Positions 52,854 through 63,019 of a stretch of 64,000 bases of DNA are shown here, in pieces (the first letter of the stretch is position 1; each line of letters opens with the position of its first letter). The position numbers and the translations under genes were made by a program. This stretch comes from Thermoanaerobaculia bacterium (GTDB lineage: Bacteria > Acidobacteriota > Thermoanaerobaculia > Multivoradales > Multivoraceae), in assembly GCA_965232105.1 (NCBI GenBank), contig OZ246956.1, positions 386,499-450,498 of the forward strand, written 5' to 3'. The notes below the pieces were generated by a model, which saw only the letters and a program-made list of their open reading frames with translations, did no database searches and was not told the origin of the DNA.

Positions 52854-54572
52854 TTAGTTGTCCGAGAAGGTGGTCCAGCCGTCGTCGACCCACGGGTCTT
52901 CCGGCGAGACACCGCCGATGTGGGTCACGGCATCGAAAAAGTCGTCTCCCGAGGAGGCGGCGACGGCCGCGGGTATCGGCGCGCCGCCCGAGCGGGCCGG
53001 CGAACCCGGCAGGGGCGCCAGGTCCGGCTGCACGCGGCTCCGCGAGTTCGGAAGCAGCGGATTGGCGGCCAGAATGTTCGTCGCCCCGAGATCGACGTTC
53101 GCGAAGCCGTCCCGGTTGTTGAAGAAGATGCTGTCGTCGATCGTCAGCAGGTTCCCCACCAGGCTCTCGGTCACCGCGCCGTCGATGTCCACCGCGTAGT
53201 CCTTGGCGTTCATGACGATCGCGTTGCGCAACGTGATCGCCGTGCCGCGACGCAGCAGAATCCCCGGATCGCCCGAGTCGCGCCACATCGAGATGGTCAG
53301 GTTGTAGATCGTCGGATGGGAGCGCGGCTCGAGGTTGTTGTTCGACTTCTCGTTGTCCGCCTCGATCCCCTTGTCGTGGTCGTCGAAACGCTGCAGAACG
53401 ACCGCGTGCTGCATCCGGCCCCGCCAGCCAAACGTCCAGTCGATGCTGTCGTCCTGGGAGTCGGTGATCAGCACGTACTTCGCGTCCACCGTGCCGCCGA
53501 AGAACTCGATGCCATCCTCCGCGTTGTGGTGGACCTGAACGTGGTCGATCTGTGTACCGCTGCCGACACCCTGCAGAGCGATGCCGTTCAGCTCGTTCTC
53601 ATCGGTGAACCGGATGCCGGCGAACTCGACCCGCACGTACGAGAGCCGGCCACTCGAGTCCGCCGCGTTGCTGCCGCCAAACAGACCCGAGTCGCCCTCG
53701 CCCTCGCGGGGACAAACGTTGCAGGGAGCGTTGCCACTGATCACGAGGCCGCCCCAGTCGCCCGGCTCCCGCTCGCCGACATCGAACTCCGACGTCATGA
53801 CGATCGGCATCCGGGCCGTGCCGGCGGCCATGATCTTCGAGCCGGGCTTGACCACCAGAACGCCCTGGTTGACGTTGCCCCCGAAAACGAACGTGCCGGG
53901 CTCGATCGTCAGAGTCGCCCCGCCGTCGATGAAGGTCGGGCCGTTCAGGTAGTACGCATTGTTCGCGGTCCAGGTCTCGTTCGACGTGATGTTGCCAACC
54001 TTGTGGACCACTGCGTCCACGTGGCTGTACATCGCGTTGCCCCGCGCGATGACCTTGTCGCCGACCGCGTCCCGGATCTCCAGCACGAACTGGTAGAGAC
54101 CGGTTGCCCGCGGCACGGACGCCGGCAGTCCACCGAGTGCGCCGCCGCTGCCGAACAGCCGGAAGGTGTTCGACGACGCTCCCAACCGGCTCCCCAGTCC
54201 GGTGAGATCGATCGCCCGCGCCGCGCCGGCGGAACCGAACACGTCGATCTCGTCGGCGCCGAACGAGTTCGTTCCCTGGTTGTACCAGGTCCTGGTCTGG
54301 GTCGCCCGGTCCTCCCAGTACAGGTAGACCGTCGCCGGGGTCGTATACCCCCTGGCGTCCAGTGTCAGGTCGAGGTCCGGCTCGGTCAGCTCGAGCGCGG
54401 AGGTGAAGACGTAGAAGTTGGTCTCCAGCAGGATGGCCGGGCGATTCGGGATGCCCGGTTCAACCGGCGGAAAGAAGGCCGCGACCGGCAGAGCCGAAGC
54501 CGCCATCAACAGGAAGCCCGCCCGGAACGGGGCGTTCCGGCAGGCAGACGAGACAAGCCGATGCAGAATCAA
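52854..54572 (-). CDS. Secreted right-handed parallel beta-helix repeat protein of unknown function
   Basis: TTG start at 54572 with a perfect GGAGGAGGA RBS, giving signal peptide 'MILHRLVSSACRNAPFRAGFLLMAASALPVAA'. The protein is rich in Gly/Asn/Thr beta-helix-like repeats ('...NGIALQGVGSGTQIDHVQVHHNAEDGIEFFGG...'). It sits 41 nt upstream of the TonB-receptor gene. Confidence 0.65.
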   Translation of the reverse strand: MILHRLVSSACRNAPFRAGFLLMAASALPVAAFFPPVEPGIPNRPAILLETNFYVFTSALELTEPDLDLTLDARGYTTPATVYLYWEDRATQTRTWYNQGTNSFGADEIDVFGSAGAARAIDLTGLGSRLGASSNTFRLFGSGGALGGLPASVPRATGLYQFVLEIRDAVGDKVIARGNAMYSHVDAVVHKVGNITSNETWTANNAYYLNGPTFIDGGATLTIEPGTFVFGGNVNQGVLVVKPGSKIMAAGTARMPIVMTSEFDVGEREPGDWGGLVISGNAPCNVCPREGEGDSGLFGGSNAADSSGRLSYVRVEFAGIRFTDENELNGIALQGVGSGTQIDHVQVHHNAEDGIEFFGGTVDAKYVLITDSQDDSIDWTFGWRGRMQHAVVLQRFDDHDKGIEADNEKSNNNLEPRSHPTIYNLTISMWRDSGDPGILLRRGTAITLRNAIVMNAKDYAVDIDGAVTESLVGNLLTIDDSIFFNNRDGFANVDLGATNILAANPLLPNSRSRVQPDLAPLPGSPARSGGAPIPAAVAASSGDDFFDAVTHIGGVSPEDPWVDDGWTTFSDN

Positions 54573-54622
54573 GTGATCCTCCTCCATTCATTGGTTCTGG
54601 AGGAGGATTCTTCGGCTCTGTT

Positions 54623-54684
54623 GTGAAGAGACGCCGCGAAAACCGTCAAGAGACGGTGAAAAGAAGGGTCACCAAACCGTGAAG
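54623..54684 (-). promoter_or_regulatory. Candidate Pho box array upstream of the beta-helix/TonB-receptor operon: four CTTCAC-like heptads at 22/11/23-bp spacing
   Basis: On the minus strand: CTTCAC (54628..54623), CTTGAC (54650..54645), TTTCAC (54661..54656), CTTCAC (54684..54679). They sit in an unusually A/T-rich 120-nt stretch 50-110 nt upstream of the TTG start. This is the same heptad found in front of the porin. Confidence 0.4.
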
Positions 54685-54818
54685 ACCTCGCGATAAAGAG
54701 CGAAATCCGCCAAAGCCCAGCCAGTCTGCAGCGGCAGCCGGATGGCGGCGCGGACGTATCCCAGCCCGCGGCCCATTCCGTGCCCGTCAGCGCAGCGCTA
54801 CCGCTGCGCTCGCTCCAC

Positions 54819-56786
<1,968 letters not shown>

Positions 56787-56830
56787 GTCGAGTCTCCTCG
56801 GGGGGCGGGTGTGTTGGAGAAGCCGGCGGC

Positions 56831-58282
56831 TCAGGGCGGCGCGTCGTGCAGCCAACCGGCCTGCTCGAGAATCGAAACCGCGGCCAGATCGACCAGCTTC
56901 TCGCCGGCACCGACCTCGACGATCGTAGCTTCCCTGCCGCCGTAGCCGCCCTGCGCCGCCGCGGCGATGGTCGGGAAGTAGGCGAGTTCGCCGTTCGTGT
57001 AGCCGGCAAAGAAAACGTGGGACACCTGAGTCGCGGCCCGCAGGCGGAGCTGGTGCTCGACGAAGAACTCGCCGGGGAACGTGGCGAGGGCGAACTGGCC
57101 TTCGCCGCGGTCACCAAGAACCAGAGTGTTCACCTCGGCCTCCCGTTCGCGCGGGAAGCGTGCTCTGTACCTCTGGAGGGACGCCTCGAGCCCGTGGCGC
57201 CGGAAGCCCTCCTCGACCACCGGAGAGTCGAGGTCCCAGCGCGGGTCGAGCGTCACCAGGTGGCGCTTCACGGACAGGCTGGCCGGATCGTGGAATGCCT
57301 CCGCCGCGGCCAGATCGGCGCGAACGCGGAGGACCTCCTGCCCCAGCCGCTCTCCCGCCATCCGGACCTGCTCGAAAGCGCCTTCCGCGGGCGGCGTCTT
57401 GTCCCAGAACGGGTTGATGTCGCCGGCGGCGCCCTGCAGGAACATCGGCACGCCGCCCCCCCTCTCCGCGACCAGAGCGGCCATCGCGCCCGGATAGTCG
57501 GCCGAGACGAGCATGTTCCCGGGCCCCAGGATGACCGGGTGAACGGCGAAGTTGACGACCGTGGCGATCGCTTCGCCGTCCGCGCCGTCGACCGCCAGCA
57601 CGCCGACGGCCTCGTCGAGCGGCGCGGTCGGCAGCCGCTCGCGGTTGCGCCAGAACATCTCGACGCTGCCGTCCGGGAGCACCCGGCGCCGGTTGTGCCC
57701 CTCGCTCGCCCGGCCCCAGCCCACCGCGACGCGGGCAGGGCGGAGAGCGGCATGGGCCTCCAGGACGACGCCGGCGATCTTCCGCTCCAGCTCCTCGACC
57801 CATGGGCGCTCGGCGCTCGGGAAGTCTGCCTCGAACAGTGGCGCGGAGTGGGTGTGGGAGGCGTTCAGCAGCACGTGGTCGAAGCCGGCGGCGTCGCGGA
57901 CCGCCTGCCGCACGGGCAGGGTGTTCTCCTTGCGGATCGAACCGAGATCGAGCGTCACGAGCGCGGCCGTCTCACCGCCCGCTTCGAGGACGAGCGCCCG
58001 CGCGTAGAGCGGATCGTGAACTCCCTCTGACCGGTCCGTGCCGCGGGCACCGTAGCCGTAGAGCAGGGAGCCGGCCGGCGGCGTGATTTCGACCGTGGCG
58101 GCGCCGGCGCGCAACTGGGCGACTCCCGGCGACGGACTCACGCAGCCTAGGCCGATAACGAGGACGAGCGCCGCGACCAGCGCCCCACTACGGTCGCCGC
58201 TCCGCGGCGCGCTCGTTCGCAGAAGCCGGCGGGGACGCCGGCGCACCCAGTTTCCGCGACACAAGCCCTTAGTTCTCGCCAC
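56831..58282 (-). CDS. Neutral/alkaline ceramidase family hydrolase (start uncertain)
   Basis: Carries the 'LNASHTHSAPLF' motif diagnostic of the neutral ceramidase family, preceded by signal-like 'ALVAALVLVIGLGCVSP'. The annotated GTG start at 58282 places REP copy 3 inside the first 25 codons. Confidence 0.7.
   Translation of the reverse strand: MARTKGLCRGNWVRRRPRRLLRTSAPRSGDRSGALVAALVLVIGLGCVSPSPGVAQLRAGAATVEITPPAGSLLYGYGARGTDRSEGVHDPLYARALVLEAGGETAALVTLDLGSIRKENTLPVRQAVRDAAGFDHVLLNASHTHSAPLFEADFPSAERPWVEELERKIAGVVLEAHAALRPARVAVGWGRASEGHNRRRVLPDGSVEMFWRNRERLPTAPLDEAVGVLAVDGADGEAIATVVNFAVHPVILGPGNMLVSADYPGAMAALVAERGGGVPMFLQGAAGDINPFWDKTPPAEGAFEQVRMAGERLGQEVLRVRADLAAAEAFHDPASLSVKRHLVTLDPRWDLDSPVVEEGFRRHGLEASLQRYRARFPREREAEVNTLVLGDRGEGQFALATFPGEFFVEHQLRLRAATQVSHVFFAGYTNGELAYFPTIAAAAQGGYGGREATIVEVGAGEKLVDLAAVSILEQAGWLHDAPP
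58203..58253 (+). repeat. REP-like structured repeat, copy 3 (between acyl-CoA dehydrogenase stop and ceramidase signal peptide)
   Basis: '...GCCGGCG-GGGA-CGCCGGC-GCACCCAGT', with a degenerate first hairpin. Confidence 0.55.
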
Positions 58283-59480
58283 CGTTGATCGTGCCCCAGG
58301 GCACCCGGCCCTGCGGATCGCGCAGGATGCGCCGCGCGACGACCATGCGGTGAACCTCGTCCGGGCCGTCGTAGAGCCGCGCGTAGCGCGCCTCGCGGTA
58401 CATCTTCTCGAGCGGCGTATCGCCGGTCACGCCGAGCGCTCCGTGGACCTGGATCGCCCGATCGATCACGTTGTGGAGCATCCGCGCGCCCCAGAACTTG
58501 ATCAGCGAGATCTCGACCCGGGCCCGGTCGCCGCGGTCCATCGCCTCGGCCGCGTCCAGGGTCATCAGCCGGGCGGCCTGGATCTCCGCCGCCGACTCGG
58601 CGATGTAGCGCTGGATCTCGCCCTTCTCCGAGAGGTAGGAGCCGTGCGCCCAGCGCGACTTGGCACGGTCGCACATCAACTCGAAGGCCCGCTGGGCCTG
58701 CCCCAGCCACCTCATGCAGTGGAAGATGCGGCCCGGGCCGAGACGCTTCTGGGCGATGACGAACCCTTCGCCGCGGCCTCCGAGAAGGTTGTCCTTCGGC
58801 ACCCGGACGTCGTTGTAGCGCACCTCGCAGTGCTGGCCGGCGGTCGTGCCCATCGTCGGCACCGCGCGCACGATCTCGTAGCCGGGCGTGTCCGTCGGCA
58901 CGATGATCGACGAGAATTTCCGGTGGCCCTGGGCCTCCGGCTCGGTCAGCGCGAAGCAGGTCGTGAACGCGGCCCGGCTGGCGCCGCTGGTGAACCACTT
59001 GTGGCCATTGATCACCCAGTCGTCGCCGTCGAGCACCGCCCGGGTCTGCATCAGGGTCGGGTCGGAGCCGGCGACCTCCGGTTCCGTGAGGCCGACCGAT
59101 GGGTAGATGTCGCCCGCAACCAGGGGTTTGAGCCACCGCTCCCGCTGCTCGTCGCTGGCGTACAGGTGGAGCATGATCGAGTCCTGCATCGACGCGGAGC
59201 CCACGGCGATCTGGCCATAGTGCGAGCGGCCGATGATCTCGTTCAGGTAGACGAAGGGCATCAGCGGGAGCCCGCCCCCGCCGATCTCCGCCGGGTGGCC
59301 CAGGGCCCACAGGCCCCGCTGCTTGGCCAGCGCCTTGAGTTCGGCCAGCCGACCGCGCGTGCGGTCCTCTCCCGACTCCGACTCCAGGTCCGGCTCGGCC
59401 GGAATCACCTCGCCGTCGATGAACGCGCGCATCTGCTCGCGCAGCTCGATCACCTCGTCCGTCAGACCGTATCTGCCCAT
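58269..59480 (-). CDS. Acyl-CoA dehydrogenase
   Basis: 403 aa with the ACAD N/M/C domains and the catalytic Glu region '...YDGPDEVHRMVVARRIL'. GGAGG RBS. Confidence 0.85.
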   Translation of the reverse strand: MGRYGLTDEVIELREQMRAFIDGEVIPAEPDLESESGEDRTRGRLAELKALAKQRGLWALGHPAEIGGGGLPLMPFVYLNEIIGRSHYGQIAVGSASMQDSIMLHLYASDEQRERWLKPLVAGDIYPSVGLTEPEVAGSDPTLMQTRAVLDGDDWVINGHKWFTSGASRAAFTTCFALTEPEAQGHRKFSSIIVPTDTPGYEIVRAVPTMGTTAGQHCEVRYNDVRVPKDNLLGGRGEGFVIAQKRLGPGRIFHCMRWLGQAQRAFELMCDRAKSRWAHGSYLSEKGEIQRYIAESAAEIQAARLMTLDAAEAMDRGDRARVEISLIKFWGARMLHNVIDRAIQVHGALGVTGDTPLEKMYREARYARLYDGPDEVHRMVVARRILRDPQGRVPWGTINGGEN

Positions 59481-59516
59481 ACTCAGCCTCCTTCGGCCGC
59501 CATTTGACAGCCGCCG

Positions 59517-60371
59517 ATGATGCCACAGACGCCGGCCCCGAGTACCGCGCGAATCGGATCGTCACCGCCAGAGGCGTTCAAGAGGGCGCAAACTCCCCGT
59601 CGAGTGGCTCTCAATCGCGCTATAAATGCCTTGGCCAACAAGAATCTCGTACTATTGTCGCTCAACGCATGTAGAGTTACGGTGGATGCGCTGCGACTCG
59701 TAAGAGCGAAGGACTGCGAAGGCGCCGCCGGGCCTCTGGAGAACGATCAGGCTATCCGCGACGAACTGATCATCCTGTTGACGGGCTTCATCGACGCTCC
59801 GACCGGGGCGCTCGCGTTCGGAATCCATCACCTCGCTCGGAATCCGGAGGTTCGGTCGAGATTGGAGCGTGAAGTGGACGAAGTCCTTGGCCATCGAGAG
59901 ATCGCGGCCAAGGACTTTGACCGGCTTCCCTACATCCGCGCCGTGCTCAAGGAGGTGCTCAGGCTCGACCCGCCTGCACCGATTCTCCTGCCGAAGGAAG
60001 CAGTCGAGGACCGCGTCGTGGGCGGCCACCTGATCCCGAAGGGAACTCTGGTTCACGTTGGCATGCGGGAGCTACACCATCGTGCCGAGTACTGGGACGA
60101 CGCTCCGGGGTTCCGGCCGGAGCGCTGGTTGGAGGATCCACCACCGCCCCGGCCTCCATGTCCCGCGCACGGGTACATTCCTTTCGGTCTCGGGCCTCAC
60201 ACGTGCCGCGGAATCGACATCGCCGAGAGACTGTTCGTCTTCGGCATCGCGTCCCTCGCCCAGCAGCTTCGACTGGAGCCCGAATCAGGCGCCGAACCCC
60301 AGCGGAACAACACAGCCGTCGGCGTTACGGGACCATGGATGGTCAACGGTCGCAGGAGGCCGGGAGCGTAG
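59517..60371 (+). pseudogene. 5'-truncated cytochrome P450 fragment (C-terminal ~280 aa only)
   Basis: Retains ExxR ('EVLRLDPPAP'), 'FRPERW' and the heme loop 'FGLGPHTCRG'. It aligns to residues ~230-445 of the downstream paralog but lacks the N-terminal half. Contains a ~100-nt low-GC patch (59600-59700). Confidence 0.55.
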
Positions 60372-60396
60372 GGGCGTCTTGGCCGAGGTCTTCAAC

Positions 60397-61734
60397 ATGA
60401 ACCACGCACTGCCTCCAAACCCGCCCTGGGGCCGACTCCAGACGCTGCGCCGCATGGCCGCGGACGACACGACGTTCTTTCGCTCTCTCCATGAGAACTA
60501 CGGCGACATCGTGTCCTTCAGGCTGCCAAACACAAGGTACTGCGCCGTCTCTTCCGTGGACGCCGCTCATGAAGCCCTCGTGGAGAAGGTCGAGTTGCTC
60601 GGGGTCCACCATCCGAGGACGGCTTTCGACTTCGTCAAGTCGAAGTGCCTCGCCCGGACCCAGATCGGTGACGAACACCGGCGCCTGACCAAGCTTGTGG
60701 AGGGCGGACTCACGCCCGACCGCATGAACGCCTTCAGGCGGATAGCCGTGTCAGAGACGGCCTGCCTGACACACGAGCTTCAGGAAGGGAAGACAATAGA
60801 CGGCCGCGAGCTATTCGAGCGGTTCACCTGGAACGCTCTGGCAGCCTGCCTCATTGGCGGCGGACAAGGACTCGCGGAGGCCGCCATCCCCGCTCTCACA
60901 GCACTCAAACTGAACTGGATAGCGGCCGCTCTGGGGTTGTACCCCCTGATCAGGAAACTGCCCCTGCCGCACGACCTCAAGGCCCGTCGACGAATCCGCG
61001 CGTTGGACGAAGCGACCTACGAGTGCATAAGGGCGGCCAGAACTTCAGATGGCAACGGGGAGAGCCTCATCGCTCACTTCGTTAGAGCGACCGAAGACGG
61101 GTCGGCGGATTGGTCCTTCGCGAACGACGAGGAGATCCGTGACGAGGCGTACGGCATCCTGTTCGGCGCCTTCGATCACCCCACCAGGGCACTGACCCGG
61201 TCACCGTTCCACCTGGCCCGGAATCCGAAGGTCAGGAGTCGTCTTGAAGCAGAGGTGAAGCAGGTCGTCGGCGACCGACCGATAAACGGGAAGGACCTCG
61301 ATCGCCTTCCCTACGCCCGAGCCGTATGCATGGAGCTGCTTCGTGTCCATCCGGCTGGCGCGCTGCTGGCGCCGCGCAAGGCAATGAAGGACCTTACGCT
61401 CGGCGGGTACCTTGTACCGAAGGGAACACTCGTGGTCGTCACGGTGGACGTGATCAACCACAGATCCGACTATTGGGAGGATCCTGGAGAGTTCAGGCCG
61501 GAGCGGTGGCAGGAGAGCAGCGGCTGCCCACACCAGGACGCGTTTCTCACCTTCAGTATGGAACCCAGACGCTGCAGGGGAGAAGACCTTGCAACCGCGG
61601 TCATCGTCGCCGGGCTTGCCTGCATAGCGCAGAGTTGGCGGCTCGACCCGGTACCCGGGGCATCCCCTACGCCAGGCCTGAAGCCCGGTGGATTCGGCGG
61701 TCCGGTCCCTTTCGTCGTATCGCGAACGACCTGA
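60397..61734 (+). CDS. Cytochrome P450 (full length, 445 aa) with atypical I-helix and heme-loop
   Basis: 'ELLRVHPAG' (ExxR), 'FRPERW', heme loop 'FSMEPRRCRGEDLA'. The I-helix 'GILFGAFDHPTRAL' lacks the conserved acid-alcohol pair. Confidence 0.75.
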   Translation: MNHALPPNPPWGRLQTLRRMAADDTTFFRSLHENYGDIVSFRLPNTRYCAVSSVDAAHEALVEKVELLGVHHPRTAFDFVKSKCLARTQIGDEHRRLTKLVEGGLTPDRMNAFRRIAVSETACLTHELQEGKTIDGRELFERFTWNALAACLIGGGQGLAEAAIPALTALKLNWIAAALGLYPLIRKLPLPHDLKARRRIRALDEATYECIRAARTSDGNGESLIAHFVRATEDGSADWSFANDEEIRDEAYGILFGAFDHPTRALTRSPFHLARNPKVRSRLEAEVKQVVGDRPINGKDLDRLPYARAVCMELLRVHPAGALLAPRKAMKDLTLGGYLVPKGTLVVVTVDVINHRSDYWEDPGEFRPERWQESSGCPHQDAFLTFSMEPRRCRGEDLATAVIVAGLACIAQSWRLDPVPGASPTPGLKPGGFGGPVPFVVSRTT

Positions 61735-61802
61735 GCCGGAGCACCGCTCCGCGAGGCCCTTCCAGCTTCCGACGCTGTGCAGATCATCGGCCGTCCGCGC
61801 GC

Positions 61803-62966
61803 TCACGGCCAGAGCGCATCCTCCGCCAAAGTCCGATGGAGCCGCTCGAAGGTCCACACGTCGATCCCGTCCGCCGTGCGGAACGATCTCCTGCCTCCAT
61901 ACAGGAGGATCCTCCGGGTCATACCCTCCAACTCGGCCACCGCCCGCAAGCCGCGGAGTTGTCCCGTGTGGTACCTGGCCTGGGCCTTGACTTCGACCGC
62001 GAGCAACTCGCGGCCACGGCGCAGCAGGAAGTCCACCTCCGTATTGGCCGAGGAATGCGGGCTCCAGTAGTGAACCGCCTCATAGAGGTCAGTCTCTTCC
62101 CCGTGTGCCCTTAGCAGGTGCAGTACCCATCCCTCGAGCAGCGTCCCTCGTTCCTCGGGCGCCACGGGACCAAGGGAGCGTTTCGTAGCCCGAACCAGCC
62201 CCGGGTCGATCCAGTAGAGCTTCGGGTGACGTCGCTCGCGCACGCGCAGCTTCGCTTCGAACGCTGGTAGCCGGTACGCCAGCAGCGTGTCCTCCAGGAT
62301 GTCCAGGTATCCCTGCACCGTGGCCCTTGCGACGCCGCAGTCACGCGCGATGCCCGAGACGTTGACAGTCGCTCCATGGCAAAGAGCGGCGACCGGCAGG
62401 AAGCGCGCGAAGCCAGCCAGGTTCCGCACGAGCGCCTCGGCGCGGATTTCCTCCCGCAAGTAGAGCTGCACGTAGCTCTCAAGCGTCGGGCGACGGTCCT
62501 CAGCCGTCCAAACCAACGGAATCGTCCCCCATCGAAGCGCAGCCTCGAAGTCGAAGTCACGGCCGAGCTCCGCCGGCGTCAGGGGGTGCATCATCCGTCG
62601 CAGCGCCCGCCCGGCTAGCAGGTTCACTCCCGACGCCTTCAGCTTGCGGGCACTCGACCCGAGAAGCGCGAAGCGGAGGCGGCGCTCCTCGATGAACCGG
62701 TGGACCTCGTTCAGAAGGTTCGGCAGGCGCTGGATCTCGTCGACGACAACCCAGCCGCCCGGCGGCAACGACCGCAGCTCCGCCGCGAACAATGACGGAT
62801 CGACCAGGTAGTCCTGGTACCGCGCCTCGTCCAGCAGGTCGATCCGCTGCGCCTCGGCGAGGTTCCTGCGTGCCCACGTGCTCTTGCCGACCCCGCGAAC
62901 GCCGAGCAGAAAGAAGCTGCGACTCGGAGCTCGGGCTAGCCGGGGATAGGGTTCGTTGTACAGCAT
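61803..62966 (-). CDS. AAA+ ATPase with C-terminal DUF4143 domain
   Basis: Walker A 'GVRGVGKST', Walker B 'VVVDEIQ', then a DUF4143-like C-terminus. ATG at 62966. The track fuses it with pstB in a long spurious frame. Confidence 0.75.
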   Translation of the reverse strand: MLYNEPYPRLARAPSRSFFLLGVRGVGKSTWARRNLAEAQRIDLLDEARYQDYLVDPSLFAAELRSLPPGGWVVVDEIQRLPNLLNEVHRFIEERRLRFALLGSSARKLKASGVNLLAGRALRRMMHPLTPAELGRDFDFEAALRWGTIPLVWTAEDRRPTLESYVQLYLREEIRAEALVRNLAGFARFLPVAALCHGATVNVSGIARDCGVARATVQGYLDILEDTLLAYRLPAFEAKLRVRERRHPKLYWIDPGLVRATKRSLGPVAPEERGTLLEGWVLHLLRAHGEETDLYEAVHYWSPHSSANTEVDFLLRRGRELLAVEVKAQARYHTGQLRGLRAVAELEGMTRRILLYGGRRSFRTADGIDVWTFERLHRTLAEDALWP

Positions 62967-63001
62967 GCCGTCATATTTCCGGGAAATATGACGACATGCT
63001 G
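62961..63001. repeat. 41-bp near-perfect palindrome (19/20 bp arms), AT-rich core TCATATTTCC-G-GGAAATATGA, spanning the ATPase start codon
   Basis: CAGCATGCCGTCATATTTCC G GGAAATATGACGACATGCTG. It is about 50% GC in a ~68% GC background. Confidence 0.8.
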
Positions 63002-63019
63002 TCACATCTGGGCCGCTGG

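Noticed and set aside
50008-53286. 5'-extended versions of the TonB receptor and the beta-helix ORFs (50008-53286; start 54587)
   Set aside because: The extensions encode Arg/Gly-rich low-complexity sequence upstream of clear signal peptides. Internal starts (ATG 52812; TTG 54572) have proper RBSs and produce canonical signal peptides.
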